DNA from: Calditrichia bacterium
GTDB taxonomy: Bacteria; Calditrichota; Calditrichia; RBG-13-44-9; J075
Length of the DNA: 64,000 nt
Direction: 5' to 3'
Assembly (NCBI GenBank): GCA_020634975.1
Contig: JACKAQ010000001.1
Span: 1,774,857 to 1,838,856 of the forward strand
The position numbers and the translations under genes were made by a program. Positions within the stretch are counted from its first letter, which is position 1, and each line of letters begins with the position of its first letter. Positions 1-10,114 of the stretch are shown piece after piece. Below the pieces are notes generated by a model, which saw nothing but the letters and a program-made list of their open reading frames with translations, was not told where the DNA came from and made no database searches.

Positions 1-818
1 TCGCCAGTCAGGCAGTCGGCGGCAGCCAGGCAGATGCGCTGCCCGCAGCCACAGCGGTGGAGCTGTTTCACGATTTTACATTGATTCACGATGACATTAT
101 GGATCAGGATGAGCTGCGCCGGGGATTTCCCACACTGCATATCAAATACGACGAAAGCACCGCCATTTTGGCCGGCGATGCGCTGATCGGGCTGGCATTC
201 CGGGAATTGATGCGTTCACCCGCCGATGCCCGCGATCCTGCCGCCGAAATATTTACCGAAGCGCTGGTTCGCGTGTGCGAAGGGCAGGCGCTCGACAAAG
301 AATTTGAGAGCCGTAACGATGTGCAGCTCGATGAATATCTGGATATGATCGCCAAAAAAACCGCCTGGCTGATCCAGACATCCTGCGCGCTGGGCGCGAT
401 TTGCGGCAGCGGTACGCCGGAGCAAGTGCAACACCTCAGCGATTACGGCTACAATTTGGGCATGGGATTTCAGATTCAGGATGATCTGCTCGATTTTGTG
501 GCAGACGAAGTGAAGCTCGGCAAAAAAGTCGGCAGCGATTTCCGGATGCACAAAACCACTTACGTCACCCTCAAATACCGCGAAATGCTCGACGCTGATC
601 CTGCGTTGCAAGCAACCTATCCACGGGATTTACAGCAATACAGCGATTTCCCGGCATTCCAGAAAGCGCTGCGGGAACTGCAGATTATCGAAGCGGGCGA
701 GCAGGCAGCCACAACCTATTTCGACAAAGCACTGGCAGCACTCAAACAGGTGACGCCACAGGAATCCGGCAATCCGCTCTATCTGATCACGACTTTTCTT
801 CAGGAGCGCCAGTATTAG
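1..818 (+). CDS. polyprenyl diphosphate synthase (geranylgeranyl/farnesyl diphosphate synthase family), 5' partial at window edge
   Basis: The reading frame is open from base 3 and the ORF caller's GTG at 57 is internal. Both Asp-rich motifs are present (LIHDDIMD as the first, FQIQDDLLD as the second), which is the typical trans-isoprenyl diphosphate synthase architecture. Confidence 0.85.
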   Translation, partial: ASQAVGGSQADALPAATAVELFHDFTLIHDDIMDQDELRRGFPTLHIKYDESTAILAGDALIGLAFRELMRSPADARDPAAEIFTEALVRVCEGQALDKEFESRNDVQLDEYLDMIAKKTAWLIQTSCALGAICGSGTPEQVQHLSDYGYNLGMGFQIQDDLLDFVADEVKLGKKVGSDFRMHKTTYVTLKYREMLDADPALQATYPRDLQQYSDFPAFQKALRELQIIEAGEQAATTYFDKALAALKQVTPQESGNPLYLITTFLQERQY

Positions 819-1164
819 TCCGGGACATTTGGCGCATGAGGTTTAACAGGGCGTTTTGCAGCGCCTCCGGCAACTCCCGCCACAATGCCAGCAGCGCAGC
901 TTCCCTGCCGTAACCGGGCACCGGCTCCTGCACAGCCAGCAATGGTGCGGCATTCGCATCACCCGTTAACAGCCATTCCATCGAACACTTCCCCAATTTT
1001 GACAATTGAAAAAGCACATCCGGCGGCGGTATTCTTCCAGCGAGATATTGCGATACAGCCGGCTGGCTGATGCCCAGCCAGTTTGCCAAATCCTGTTGGG
1101 TCATTTCCGCATCGCGCATGATTTGCTGAATGCGCTCCGCGATTTGTTTGCCATTCATCTTCAT
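787..1164 (-). CDS. XRE-family helix-turn-helix transcriptional regulator
   Basis: 125 aa protein with an N-terminal HTH_XRE signature (MTQQDLANWLGISQPAVSQYL). It is convergent with the synthase and overlaps its 3' end by 32 bp. Confidence 0.7.
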   Translation of the reverse strand: MKMNGKQIAERIQQIMRDAEMTQQDLANWLGISQPAVSQYLAGRIPPPDVLFQLSKLGKCSMEWLLTGDANAAPLLAVQEPVPGYGREAALLALWRELPEALQNALLNLMRQMSRTNTGAPEEKS

Positions 1165-1254
1165 TCTCGCTCCGGTAAAATATTTTATATTATTGGCTCT
1201 TGAGCTATTTTGAGAAATAACAAAACTAAAAAATACTGAAATTTCAGATCGCTA

Positions 1255-2637
1255 TTGCCAAATCATATCACGATTGCTATATTACAAACAAAATATCACA
1301 AATACAATACAATGATTGCAATATCGCCACCATCGATTCCGGAGCGCTGGCTGCACTGGAGCTATCGCGAAGCCATCGGGCTGCCGCCGGAAATCCGGGG
1401 AACCCGGAACGAGCGCATCCGCATATTGCAACCCGGAACGCTCAATTTTGGCAATGGTCCGGATTTCCGGAGCGCGCTGCTGGAAATCGACGGTGTTCGC
1501 CAAATCGGTGATGTGGAAATTCACATATCACCGGAATGCTGGTATCAGCACGGGCACGATCACGACGAACGCTACGGGCAGGTTTGCCTGCACTTGCTCT
1601 GGGATGCGCCAAAAGGCATTCCCGAACGGCTGGCGCAACGTTTTTCCCACGTGCTGCTCTCGGGTCAGTTGACGATGCCGGTTGAAACATGGCGGGAAAC
1701 CATGCAAACGCTCGAGAGTAGCGCATCGCAACCGCCTGATATTGCTGATGTTACACTACATGAACTTGCCGGTTTCGCCGAACAACGCTTTCGCCGGAAA
1801 GTGCAGAAAATGCGTGACTGGCTGAGTCATTTTTCACCGGAGGACGTGCTGTTTCTCTCCCTCGGCGAAACGCTGGGCTACAGCGCAAACAAAAACGCGT
1901 TCCGGCAATTGCTCTGGCAGTTCCCGGCTTCCCGGCTGGGTGGAACGTTTTGCTCACCGGGGCATTCGCCGATGGATGTCTGGTTTTTTCTGGTATATGC
2001 GGGCGGGCTCGGCGAGCTGTTGCTGCGGCAATCTGCTTTCCGGCAAAGCGGGGCGTTTCCGCTACTGTTCAACCAGCACATCCGCAACTGGCAAAACCGG
2101 ATGATATTTCCGGTGCTTTCAGCGACAGATTGGCATTTTTCGCGGCTGCGGCCGTTCAACAGCCCCTTTATCCGTTTAGCCGGATTTGCTGCAATCTGGT
2201 TCAACTTTCGCAATACCGGGCTCTTCGAAATCCTGCTGTCTATTGCCCGGGAACGCCTGCCGGAAAGATTGTTGCGCAATCGCTGGCAATCCGCCATTGA
2301 TATCCGGCTGCAGCCGGCTTTTATCCGCAATTTGCAACACATGCTCGGCTTCAGGCAATTGCCCGAACGGGCAGCGGGAAACCAGCGCCAACGCCAGTTT
2401 TTGCTAAACGCCGTGTTGCCGCTGATGCACAGTTGGGCAGAACAGGGCGGAAATTTCGGGTTTCTGCAATATATCGAGCATATTTTTGAACAATTTCCGT
2501 CAACCGAAACACCGGAGATGCTCAACCATTTTATCGGCGGGCTGGATCGCCGGCATCCGTTCCGGAAAGGCGTTCAACGATCCGGTTTTTATCAACAGGG
2601 TTTGCTGGAATGGTCTGCGGGCAAAAAAAAAGCGTAA
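1255..2637 (+). CDS. DUF2851-family protein
   Basis: Carries the conserved block HISPECWYQHGHDHDERYGQVCLHLLWD typical of DUF2851. The true start may be an internal Met (for example MIAISPP near 1309). Confidence 0.6.
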   Translation: MPNHITIAILQTKYHKYNTMIAISPPSIPERWLHWSYREAIGLPPEIRGTRNERIRILQPGTLNFGNGPDFRSALLEIDGVRQIGDVEIHISPECWYQHGHDHDERYGQVCLHLLWDAPKGIPERLAQRFSHVLLSGQLTMPVETWRETMQTLESSASQPPDIADVTLHELAGFAEQRFRRKVQKMRDWLSHFSPEDVLFLSLGETLGYSANKNAFRQLLWQFPASRLGGTFCSPGHSPMDVWFFLVYAGGLGELLLRQSAFRQSGAFPLLFNQHIRNWQNRMIFPVLSATDWHFSRLRPFNSPFIRLAGFAAIWFNFRNTGLFEILLSIARERLPERLLRNRWQSAIDIRLQPAFIRNLQHMLGFRQLPERAAGNQRQRQFLLNAVLPLMHSWAEQGGNFGFLQYIEHIFEQFPSTETPEMLNHFIGGLDRRHPFRKGVQRSGFYQQGLLEWSAGKKKA

Positions 2638-2659
2638 AAGACAATTAGTCTTTTACGCT
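2623..2659 (-). terminator. intrinsic terminator hairpin for the minus-strand lipoprotein gene
   Basis: 12 bp stem (agcgtaaaagac / gtcttttacgct) with a 5-nt loop. It is preceded on the plus strand by A8, which reads as a U-tract on the minus strand. It overlaps the stop codon of the convergent DUF2851 gene. Confidence 0.6.
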
Positions 2660-2712
2660 TGGGTTAGGGGGGTGATTGGGCTTTTTTTGCTCTATCTTTA
2701 GCGATTTTTTTC

Positions 2713-3594
2713 TTAGCTGTTGGCGGCGATCACCAGATACCGGATCTTCCAGAATTCCTGGGGATTGGTAATTTCGAGAGTGGTTTTGCCTTCCGCCGAT
2801 TTGTGCAACTGATAGGAATTCGGGTTGTGCGGCGATAATACTTTCACTTTGCCCGGCTCTTTATCAATCTGAAGATTACCAACTTCCACAATGTCCGCAG
2901 GGGTAAAATCGGCTTCGTCGAATCCGGCAGCTAACCGTTTGGTCTTACGCAGACCCAAGAATCCGCCTTTTTCTTCGATAATGCCTTTGTCTTTCAACTC
3001 ATCTTCAGAAGCAACGATGTAATACACCGTATTCAACTGTTGCTGCTGCTGCTGAATCACCGTTTCTTTTTCCTTCAATTGCCATTCGGTTTCGTCGAAT
3101 TTAATGTTCAACGCTGCAAGATCATCTTTCAACTGAGTGATGTGAACTTCACGTTCCTCAATCGCTTTGTTGAGGCTTTCGATGGTGCTGCTCAACGCAT
3201 CATTTTTCACTTTTGAATCCTTAAAGCGTTGCTGTAATTCTGCCATTTTAGCTTTACTGGATTTCAAATAGGTGTCGATGGATTGAACATTTGCCAACAT
3301 TTTTTCGCGCAGCGGCGTTTTATCCTGTTCTTCAACATCGCTGGATGCCCTGCTCAAAAAACCTTCGCGCTGACGAATTTGCTCCAGATTATCATAAACA
3401 TCGTTAATGGTTTCGGAATATTCCTGCAGAAATTCGGACTGCGTTGCAGCTTCTTCCATTTTTTGTTCGTATTCCGCCTGAAGCTGCGCAATACGTTGTT
3501 CCATTTCTTTTACTTTTTTTTGGTCCGTACAACCCACAGCTACTACGATTGTCAACACGGTTACAACTATCTTATAAAAACTTTTGACCGACAT
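2713..3594 (-). CDS. coiled-coil lipoprotein, hypothetical
   Basis: Signal peptide plus lipobox (MSVKSFYKIVVTVLTIVVAVGC) from the Met at 3594, a long heptad-rich Q/E/K region and a C-terminal globular domain. The ORF extends upstream to 3708 without a signal peptide, so 3594 is the likelier start. Confidence 0.55.
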   Translation of the reverse strand: MSVKSFYKIVVTVLTIVVAVGCTDQKKVKEMEQRIAQLQAEYEQKMEEAATQSEFLQEYSETINDVYDNLEQIRQREGFLSRASSDVEEQDKTPLREKMLANVQSIDTYLKSSKAKMAELQQRFKDSKVKNDALSSTIESLNKAIEEREVHITQLKDDLAALNIKFDETEWQLKEKETVIQQQQQQLNTVYYIVASEDELKDKGIIEEKGGFLGLRKTKRLAAGFDEADFTPADIVEVGNLQIDKEPGKVKVLSPHNPNSYQLHKSAEGKTTLEITNPQEFWKIRYLVIAANS

Positions 3595-3880
3595 GCTGGC
3601 CAACTCCTTGATTAATGATACTTTTTTTTGACTCACAGCTAATTCTGGCGAACCAGTGTTTTTTCTTTTTTGCCAGGTTTGTTTATAAACAAGCGGCGTG
3701 CCAAACATTCAACAAGATTATTTATTTTGAATATTTTCAACATCTTAGGGAAATTCAACTTCCAAAATATCCCTGAACGGGTAGTGTTCGGTTTTACACA
3801 ATGTGTGCAAATAATTCTCGCAAAACCGGACAACGTGTTTAAACGAACACAGTCATGGAGGATAAACGCATCATTTTTGA

Positions 3881-5596
3881 TTAATTTGTGGCGGAAGAAT
3901 CCGGCAAGGCAGGCGTTTCGAAAATGGCAAATTGTTGATTTTCGTAAAGTGGGGCAACCGGGGGAAGGGCGATGCTTTTTTCATATATAACGAAACGGAT
4001 ATTGTTTTCACGGGCAACCGAAAGCGCATGTTGATGATAGAGCGACGGAAAAGCGGCACGGTTCCACGGCAACGATAAGCCGAGCGCCTGCATCCGCGCC
4101 CACCAGCGGAAAATGGTTTTCCGGCTGTAGTTGTGCGGGGCACCATCTTTGTAAGTGCCGTAAATAGGGCGTTTGGAAAAACTGCGGAAACCTTCGATAT
4201 AAATCGGCGTCATCAACAGCGCATCTGTTGGTGTGTTTTGGGCGCACCACACCTGCATATCTTCCCACGGTGTTGTGAGGGTAGTGTCAAAAATGCGCCC
4301 GGTTTCGGCGATGCGCTCGATCGTTTTTTCGCCGGTTACCAACAGCACGGCAGCCAGCGTTCCGGCAAGGTAAATCCGTTGCCAGTGCACCGGCTGTCGC
4401 CAAAATAGATAAACCAGCAATAGCGCCAATCCGACCAATACGATCATCCGCACAGACAGGGTGCGGTCGTCAATCACGTTTTCAATCATAAAAACAATGC
4501 CCAACAGTAGCCAGATGATCAACGGGCTTTTCGGTGAGTCGTTCGTCGTTGCTATCTTGTGGGCAATAAATGCACACAACACGATAAACAGAAAATAGGA
4601 ACATCGCGCCAACTGCAATTGCAGCAAAAATTTGACGGTGAAAACATCTGCAAGAACAAACAGCGCCAGCGCCGTAAGCGTACCCAGCACGACCGGCAGC
4701 AGTCGCCGGAACGCCGGATGATGCCGGAAAAACCACAACCCGAATCCGGCTAAACCGAGATGCACCCAACGATCCGGCACCCATTGCGAGGCAAAAAATG
4801 AAAAGCGCATCCGCTGCCGCACCAAATCCAGCCAGAGTGAAACATCAAACTGCGGTGGCGCGCCGGCGAGAATTTTCGGCAGCATCGGCAGCCAGCTTGG
4901 CGCAGAAATCAGCAAAAATATCGCAGCACTGCCAATTTTAGTAAAAACAGTGGTTTGGCGAAAACCCAACAGCCATTTGTAACCAAAAAACAGCGCAGCA
5001 TACAGCGCCGTAAACGGGTGGAAGAGAAAAATGCTCCCGCAAAGCGCCGCGCCGGACAGCCAATTTCCGCGATCCAGCAACACAAACGCCAGCAACGCAA
5101 TTGCAACGGCAACAACGTTCGGGTGAAAATAGCCGTAGGGATTCAGCCCGTATTCGCCCATTGCCGCGGCTGATGTGCCCAGCACAAGTGTCAGCGCCAA
5201 AACCAGCCATCCGTTATTTTCACCAAAAAACTGGCGATAAAACAGAAACACCGCCGCGATCATTAGTGCCGTCTGGAGAAAAAACAATCCCAGAAAAACG
5301 GTTTGCACATTGGCGACATTCAACAAAAGCGCGACTGCGTCCCAAATGTAAACCGGGTGATCGCCAAGCGTTTCGATCAGCAGATCGTTGTTCAGCAATG
5401 CGGGGTCAAATTTATGCCAGACAAACGCCAGATAGGTCGATAAATCTCCGATACCTAGCTGGTAACCCTGCAAAATTGCCAACACAAAAAATCCTGCCAG
5501 CCATGCGGCTGTTTGCCATTGAATGGTGTTCATCGCTGCCCTGTTGTTCTGTTTCGCGAAATTATACGCATTTTCGCTGAGAAAAAAAATTTGCAA
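3881..5596 (-). CDS. polytopic integral membrane protein, hypothetical (possible membrane glycosyltransferase-like)
   Basis: More than 12 predicted hydrophobic helices followed by a C-terminal soluble domain of about 150 aa. No specific family was recognised. An alternative start lies at 5533. Confidence 0.45.
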   Translation of the reverse strand: MQIFFLSENAYNFAKQNNRAAMNTIQWQTAAWLAGFFVLAILQGYQLGIGDLSTYLAFVWHKFDPALLNNDLLIETLGDHPVYIWDAVALLLNVANVQTVFLGLFFLQTALMIAAVFLFYRQFFGENNGWLVLALTLVLGTSAAAMGEYGLNPYGYFHPNVVAVAIALLAFVLLDRGNWLSGAALCGSIFLFHPFTALYAALFFGYKWLLGFRQTTVFTKIGSAAIFLLISAPSWLPMLPKILAGAPPQFDVSLWLDLVRQRMRFSFFASQWVPDRWVHLGLAGFGLWFFRHHPAFRRLLPVVLGTLTALALFVLADVFTVKFLLQLQLARCSYFLFIVLCAFIAHKIATTNDSPKSPLIIWLLLGIVFMIENVIDDRTLSVRMIVLVGLALLLVYLFWRQPVHWQRIYLAGTLAAVLLVTGEKTIERIAETGRIFDTTLTTPWEDMQVWCAQNTPTDALLMTPIYIEGFRSFSKRPIYGTYKDGAPHNYSRKTIFRWWARMQALGLSLPWNRAAFPSLYHQHALSVARENNIRFVIYEKSIALPPVAPLYENQQFAIFETPALPDSSATN

Positions 5597-5692
5597 ATGA
5601 ACGATGGATAATACAAAAGGTAAGTTTTTTGTGGTTATGTTGACACATTAGAAATGAGTGCTTCGCTGCTTCGTGAAAAATTTTGGGAGATA

Positions 5693-6070
5693 CTAAACTT
5701 CGGTTGAGGTGCCAGACGGCTCATCCGGCAATTCGCTGAGAATTTTTTCCAGTTTTGTTTTGAGGGAAGGCATGTTGCGGGTCATTTCCCGCCAAATGGT
5801 TTTGGCATTGATTTCGTGATATTCATCCACTAATGAGTGGCGGAGTCCGGCGATATTTTCCCAATCAATTTGCGTATGGACAGATTTTAGCTCCGGCGAA
5901 AGCCAGTGCGCCGCCTCGCCGATAATTTCCAGCCGTTTGAGCATCGCCAGCACCATTGTTTTATCGATGCTGAAATCCTGAAAATAACCGTAATAGGCGT
6001 AGGATTCGATCTGTTGAATCATTTCCAGCATGATCTCGATACGATGCCGGTCGTTCAGCGGACGCATCAT
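5693..6070 (-). CDS. HepT-like HEPN-domain protein (DUF86), orphan
   Basis: Matches the DUF86 block IIGEAAHWLSPELKSVHTQIDWENIAGLRHSLVDEY. At the canonical Rx4HxY site the conserved His is replaced by Asp. No MntA-type nucleotidyltransferase is adjacent. Confidence 0.6.
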   Translation of the reverse strand: MMRPLNDRHRIEIMLEMIQQIESYAYYGYFQDFSIDKTMVLAMLKRLEIIGEAAHWLSPELKSVHTQIDWENIAGLRHSLVDEYHEINAKTIWREMTRNMPSLKTKLEKILSELPDEPSGTSTEV

Positions 6071-6147
6071 TCTGCAATCGCCCGCGTTTTTTCAATATTT
6101 ATTTTAATTTCTCCAATTTTCACTTACCCTTTATCCTTTTTCTTCAA

Positions 6148-6570
6148 TTAACCCATGCTAAAATCCCTGCGCGCGGCAGAAATTGTTATCGTAAACCCGG
6201 CAATAACATCGATTAACGACATAACCAGCAACGCAAAAAACGTAGAATTTCCGGCGATCGGTGCCCATAAAAACGCAACCATGTACGAAATAAAAACAAA
6301 GGTAGATAAAATATGTTCAACAATTTGAGCATCGGTTGAGCGGGTGGATTTAATAATTTCGATAAACAGGCAGAACAATCCGCCCAAAATAATGACATCT
6401 TTTATTTGAATAACCCAAAAAATACCAGATGGCAACATTACACCACCCAACGCGACATCAAATGCTTCGCTTCCCACATCGGCGCTTCCACCCATAAAAA
6501 AAATAGCACCAATTGCCATATAAATTACCAAAACAATCCCGAACAACGGGATAGATTTTACTGCTTGCAT
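6148..6570 (-). CDS. small membrane protein with 4 predicted TM helices, hypothetical
   Basis: 140 aa with four hydrophobic helices and no recognisable motif. Confidence 0.4.
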   Translation of the reverse strand: MQAVKSIPLFGIVLVIYMAIGAIFFMGGSADVGSEAFDVALGGVMLPSGIFWVIQIKDVIILGGLFCLFIEIIKSTRSTDAQIVEHILSTFVFISYMVAFLWAPIAGNSTFFALLVMSLIDVIAGFTITISAARRDFSMG

Positions 6571-6746
6571 GCGGCCTCCTCAGCGAATATGCAGCGGTTA
6601 AAACACAGTATTTCTGTTGAAAATATATGATTATGGGGTGAATGAAGCAAACCTAAAAAGCTGCGGAACATATATTTACAAAAAAACGTGCATCCGGCAG
6701 ATAGTGTCGGATGCACGCTAAAATTTGTGGCTGGTCTGAGGTTCTG

Positions 6747-7133
6747 TTACCGGTTGACCAACAATTTTTTCTGAAGTTCGGTGCTGATCATCAGGAAAAA
6801 CGCTTCGGCATCTTTGTAATTTTTCTTTTCCAGGGTGCTGAAATTTTCCGGAAATTCGAGCACTTGCGTTGCCAGATAGGCTTTAAAGCGAATGCTTTCG
6901 GAAGCTCCGGATTCGGAAAGATTTTCCAATTCGGCCAATGCGGCACCGGTTTCTTCTTCCGGGAACAACAGTTTCAGTTTTGCGATGTGGAACACTGCGG
7001 ATTCCACAATTCCGACGTTATCGGATTTCAAAGATTTTGTGTAGCTTTTTACACCGCGGGTCAATGATTCCGGGGTTTGGGCTGCAACGGTAATGCTGAA
7101 GATTACCAAAAGGGTGGCGATAAACGTTTTCAT
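6747..7133 (-). CDS. secreted hypothetical protein
   Basis: N-terminal signal peptide (MKTFIATLLVIFSITVAAQ). 128 aa with no recognised domain. Confidence 0.4.
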   Translation of the reverse strand: MKTFIATLLVIFSITVAAQTPESLTRGVKSYTKSLKSDNVGIVESAVFHIAKLKLLFPEEETGAALAELENLSESGASESIRFKAYLATQVLEFPENFSTLEKKNYKDAEAFFLMISTELQKKLLVNR

Positions 7134-7271
7134 AATTTTCTCCTTTATTTTGAATTCGAACCGTGTTTTCTTTCGCTCAGTTATAGTTTACGGAAGTAGC
7201 TTATCATAGATGTTACCGCGTTGTAAATGGATGTCAAAAAATGTCACGGGAGAAAAAAGGATGCAGGATAA

Positions 7272-8066
7272 TTGATAAAGGATAAAAAGTTGTTGCGTTG
7301 GGCGGGTTTAATAATTTCAGGTGTGCTTGCCGTGGCTTTAATTGCCGGATGCGGCGACAGTGAAAACAGCGCGCAGCAATCGCTGACGGTTGCGGTGTCC
7401 GCAAATTTTCAGGCGCCATTCGAAAAACTGGCGGCAGCCTACCGGGACAGCACCGGTAAATCCGTGCAGCCGATTGTCAGTTCGTCCGGCAAGTTGACCA
7501 CCCAAATCCGCAACGGTGCACCGTTCGATCTGTTTTTTTCGGCGGATACGGGATATCCCAACCAACTGTTCCGGGATGGATTGGCAGTGCGCCAACCGCA
7601 AATTTACGCATCCGGCAAACTGGTGATCTGGTTTTCAGCTGCGCACCACGGACCGTTGGACATGTCTGCGCTGACAGATCTATCGCTGAAAGCGATTGCC
7701 GTTGCCAATCCCCAAATTGCACCGTATGGCGCGGCGGCAGTTACCGCGCTAGAAAATGCCGGTATATATAATGATATTGAACCGAGACTGGTTTTCGGAA
7801 GAAACGTGGCGCAGGTGAACCAATATTTGCGCAGCGGCGCGGCAGATGCGGCGATCACCGCTCAATCCGCTGTGGTTGGCAGCGATGTTCCCACAGCACA
7901 ATGGGCATTTGTGGACAGCACGCTCTACCAACCGATTGCCCAGTCAGCGGCGATCATCGCCAATCGACCGCCGCAATTGCAGGCTGCCGCCGCACATTTT
8001 CTGGATTTTTTGAACAGTCCGGTTGCCCGGAGTATTTTCCACCATTACGGATACCAATTGCCATGA
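7272..8066 (+). CDS. modA: molybdate ABC transporter substrate-binding protein ModA
   Basis: Lipoprotein signal (LIAGCGDS) followed by the ModA-type periplasmic binding fold (SANFQAPFEKLAAAY...SSGKL). The start is probably TTG at 7272. Confidence 0.8.
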   Translation: MIKDKKLLRWAGLIISGVLAVALIAGCGDSENSAQQSLTVAVSANFQAPFEKLAAAYRDSTGKSVQPIVSSSGKLTTQIRNGAPFDLFFSADTGYPNQLFRDGLAVRQPQIYASGKLVIWFSAAHHGPLDMSALTDLSLKAIAVANPQIAPYGAAAVTALENAGIYNDIEPRLVFGRNVAQVNQYLRSGAADAAITAQSAVVGSDVPTAQWAFVDSTLYQPIAQSAAIIANRPPQLQAAAAHFLDFLNSPVARSIFHHYGYQLP

Positions 8067-8479
8067 ATCGCGTACCCGCAGAAATTATCAATATTGAAAC
8101 CGCAGATGCTATTTCGCTGGTCGATCTGGTTGCATTCGGCGACACATTTTCCTGCGTGCTGATCGAAACGCCGGAAACCGCGCCGTATTTGCGGATCGGA
8201 AATCGCGTATCGCTGGTGTTTAAAGAAACGGAAATCGCCATCGCGAAAAATTTTTCCGGTCAGATCAGTTTGCGGAATCGCTTTGCGGCGACCATCCGCG
8301 CTATCGAAAACGGCGTGGTGCTCAGCAAAATTACGATGGATTTTCACGGCATTTCGATCATTTCGATCATCACCGCCCGATCCGCTGCAACACTCAACCT
8401 GCAACCCGGCGACGCCGTTACCGGATTGGTGAAAGCCAACGAAATCGCCATTTTCGCCGATGACGGGGGGGCAATTTGA
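8063..8479 (+). CDS. TOBE/Mop-domain (molybdopterin-binding) protein
   Basis: 138 aa with two TOBE-like halves. Its ATG overlaps the modA stop codon (ATGA). The longer ORF from 7901 is an in-frame upstream artefact. Confidence 0.6.
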   Translation: MNRVPAEIINIETADAISLVDLVAFGDTFSCVLIETPETAPYLRIGNRVSLVFKETEIAIAKNFSGQISLRNRFAATIRAIENGVVLSKITMDFHGISIISIITARSAATLNLQPGDAVTGLVKANEIAIFADDGGAI

Positions 8480-9147
8480 ACCTCGACTGGCAACCGTTGG
8501 CGCTCACATTTCAACTGGCGGGCATCACCACTGCGGTGCTGCTGCTGATCGGGATTCCGCTGGGTTACCTGCTGGCGAGTTGGGAAAATCGCTGGAAATA
8601 CGTACTGCAAACGCTGGTGAGCATGCCGCTGGTATTGCCGCCAACCGTACTCGGTTTTTACCTGCTGCTGGCGTTCAGTCCCACCGGCGCGTTCGGGCAA
8701 TTTCTGGAAAATACATTCGACCTGAGATTGGTGTTCTCGTTCGAAGGGCTGGTGATCGCTTCCATTATCTACAGTCTGCCGTTTATGGTCAATCCCATCC
8801 AGGCAGGATTCCAGAGTTTACCGGCATCGCTGGCGGAAGCGTCTGTTTCGTTGGGAAAATCTCGGTTGGAAACATTTTGGAAGGTGTTGCTGCCAAACAT
8901 CAAACCGTCCCTGCTGATCGGCACGGTGCTCAGTTTCGCGCACACGGTCGGCGAATTCGGGGTGATTTTGATGATCGGCGGCAGCATTCCCGGCGAAACA
9001 CGGGTTGCCGCCATCGCCATTTACGACGAAGTTGAAGCGCTAAATTATGCCACAGCACATACTTACGCGGCAATCTTATTGGGAATTACGTTCGCCATTT
9101 TGTTAACGGTGTATTTGGTCAATCGAAAATTATTGAAAGCGTTTTAG
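8476..9147 (+). CDS. modB: molybdate ABC transporter permease ModB
   Basis: Shows the ABC permease EAA-like loop and a ModB-like sequence (LVSMPLVLPPTVLGFYLLL...). Six TM helices. No ATPase (modC) follows it. Confidence 0.85.
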   Translation: MNLDWQPLALTFQLAGITTAVLLLIGIPLGYLLASWENRWKYVLQTLVSMPLVLPPTVLGFYLLLAFSPTGAFGQFLENTFDLRLVFSFEGLVIASIIYSLPFMVNPIQAGFQSLPASLAEASVSLGKSRLETFWKVLLPNIKPSLLIGTVLSFAHTVGEFGVILMIGGSIPGETRVAAIAIYDEVEALNYATAHTYAAILLGITFAILLTVYLVNRKLLKAF

Positions 9148-9920
9148 CGCGCGGAATGAATCGCATCGGCGAAATCGCGGAGTTGCGACAGGCTGTTTTT
9201 CTCCTCAAAAAAATTACCCACCACCACAAATCTGGCACCGGCTGCGGCTTTTTTCTGCGCCATTTCAGGCGTGCGGATGCCGCCACCGGCGATCACGGGG
9301 ATTTCCAGATGTGCGGAAACCAGCGCAATCATCTCCTCCGGAACGGTTTGCTGGGCGCCGCTGCCCGCTTCCAGATACACCATTTTCATGCCCATATATT
9401 GTGCAGCCAGCGCATGCGCCAGCGCGATGCCCGGTTTGGCGCGGGGAATTGGCATGGAGTTGCTCACAAACGAAGCGCTGGTGAGCGTGCCCGATTCGAT
9501 GAGCATGTAGCCGCAGGAAATCGCCTCCAGTCCCATGTTGAAAATTACCGGCGAGGCAACTGCCTGATTACCGATGAGGTGCTCCGGGTTGCGTCCGCTG
9601 ATCAGCGAAATAAACAGGATTGCGTCCGCATGCCGGGAAATCTGGAAAAGGCTGCCGGGAAAAATGACCACCGGATGATCGCCAGCTGCCGATTTCATCC
9701 GGCGGATGGTTTCATCAAAATCGCCGCCGTGGAGCAGGCTGCCGCCCACAAAAAAGGCATCCACACCGGCGTCGATGGCGTTTCCCATCAAATCCGGCAA
9801 CGCATCCGCGCTGATTTTGTCCGGGTCCAGCAGCAAAATAAACCCGCAGCCGTTGCGATCTGCTGTGTTCAATAATTTTTGGTAGGTGTTGGCGGATAGC
9901 GCCGAAGGTCTGGTTTTCAT
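9144..9920 (-). CDS. pcrB: PcrB-family (hepta/geranylgeranyl)glyceryl phosphate synthase (GGGPS group II)
   Basis: Has the (beta/alpha)8 PcrB/GGGPS signature (GCGFILLLDPDK...AIDAGVDAFFVGGS...VIAGGGIRTPE...FVVVGN). Length is 258 aa. Confidence 0.8.
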   Translation of the reverse strand: MKTRPSALSANTYQKLLNTADRNGCGFILLLDPDKISADALPDLMGNAIDAGVDAFFVGGSLLHGGDFDETIRRMKSAAGDHPVVIFPGSLFQISRHADAILFISLISGRNPEHLIGNQAVASPVIFNMGLEAISCGYMLIESGTLTSASFVSNSMPIPRAKPGIALAHALAAQYMGMKMVYLEAGSGAQQTVPEEMIALVSAHLEIPVIAGGGIRTPEMAQKKAAAGARFVVVGNFFEEKNSLSQLRDFADAIHSAR

Positions 9921-10114
9921 AAATACAAATCTTTCGTAACGGAATTCTCAACAGTTGTTGACGACAAAAGCGACAGATTTAATTAGAACCGTTATGCACA
10001 AAACCTAAATCAAACAATTACAACAGTTAATTTGGGTAATTTTTGTAAAAATTATTGGTACCGTATTTGCTAAAATAGAAATACAACCTGTACTCATACT
10101 TACCTCCATCATCA

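Noticed and set aside
7901-8479. 192 aa ORF overlapping the modA 3' half
   Set aside because: Only the portion from the ATG at 8063 is TOBE-like. The upstream 54 codons overlap modA in another frame and are an ORF-caller extension.
9156-9875. 239 aa plus-strand ORF covering the pcrB locus
   Set aside because: It is an antisense shadow of a strongly supported minus-strand gene. It is Arg/His-rich with low-complexity composition and has no motif.
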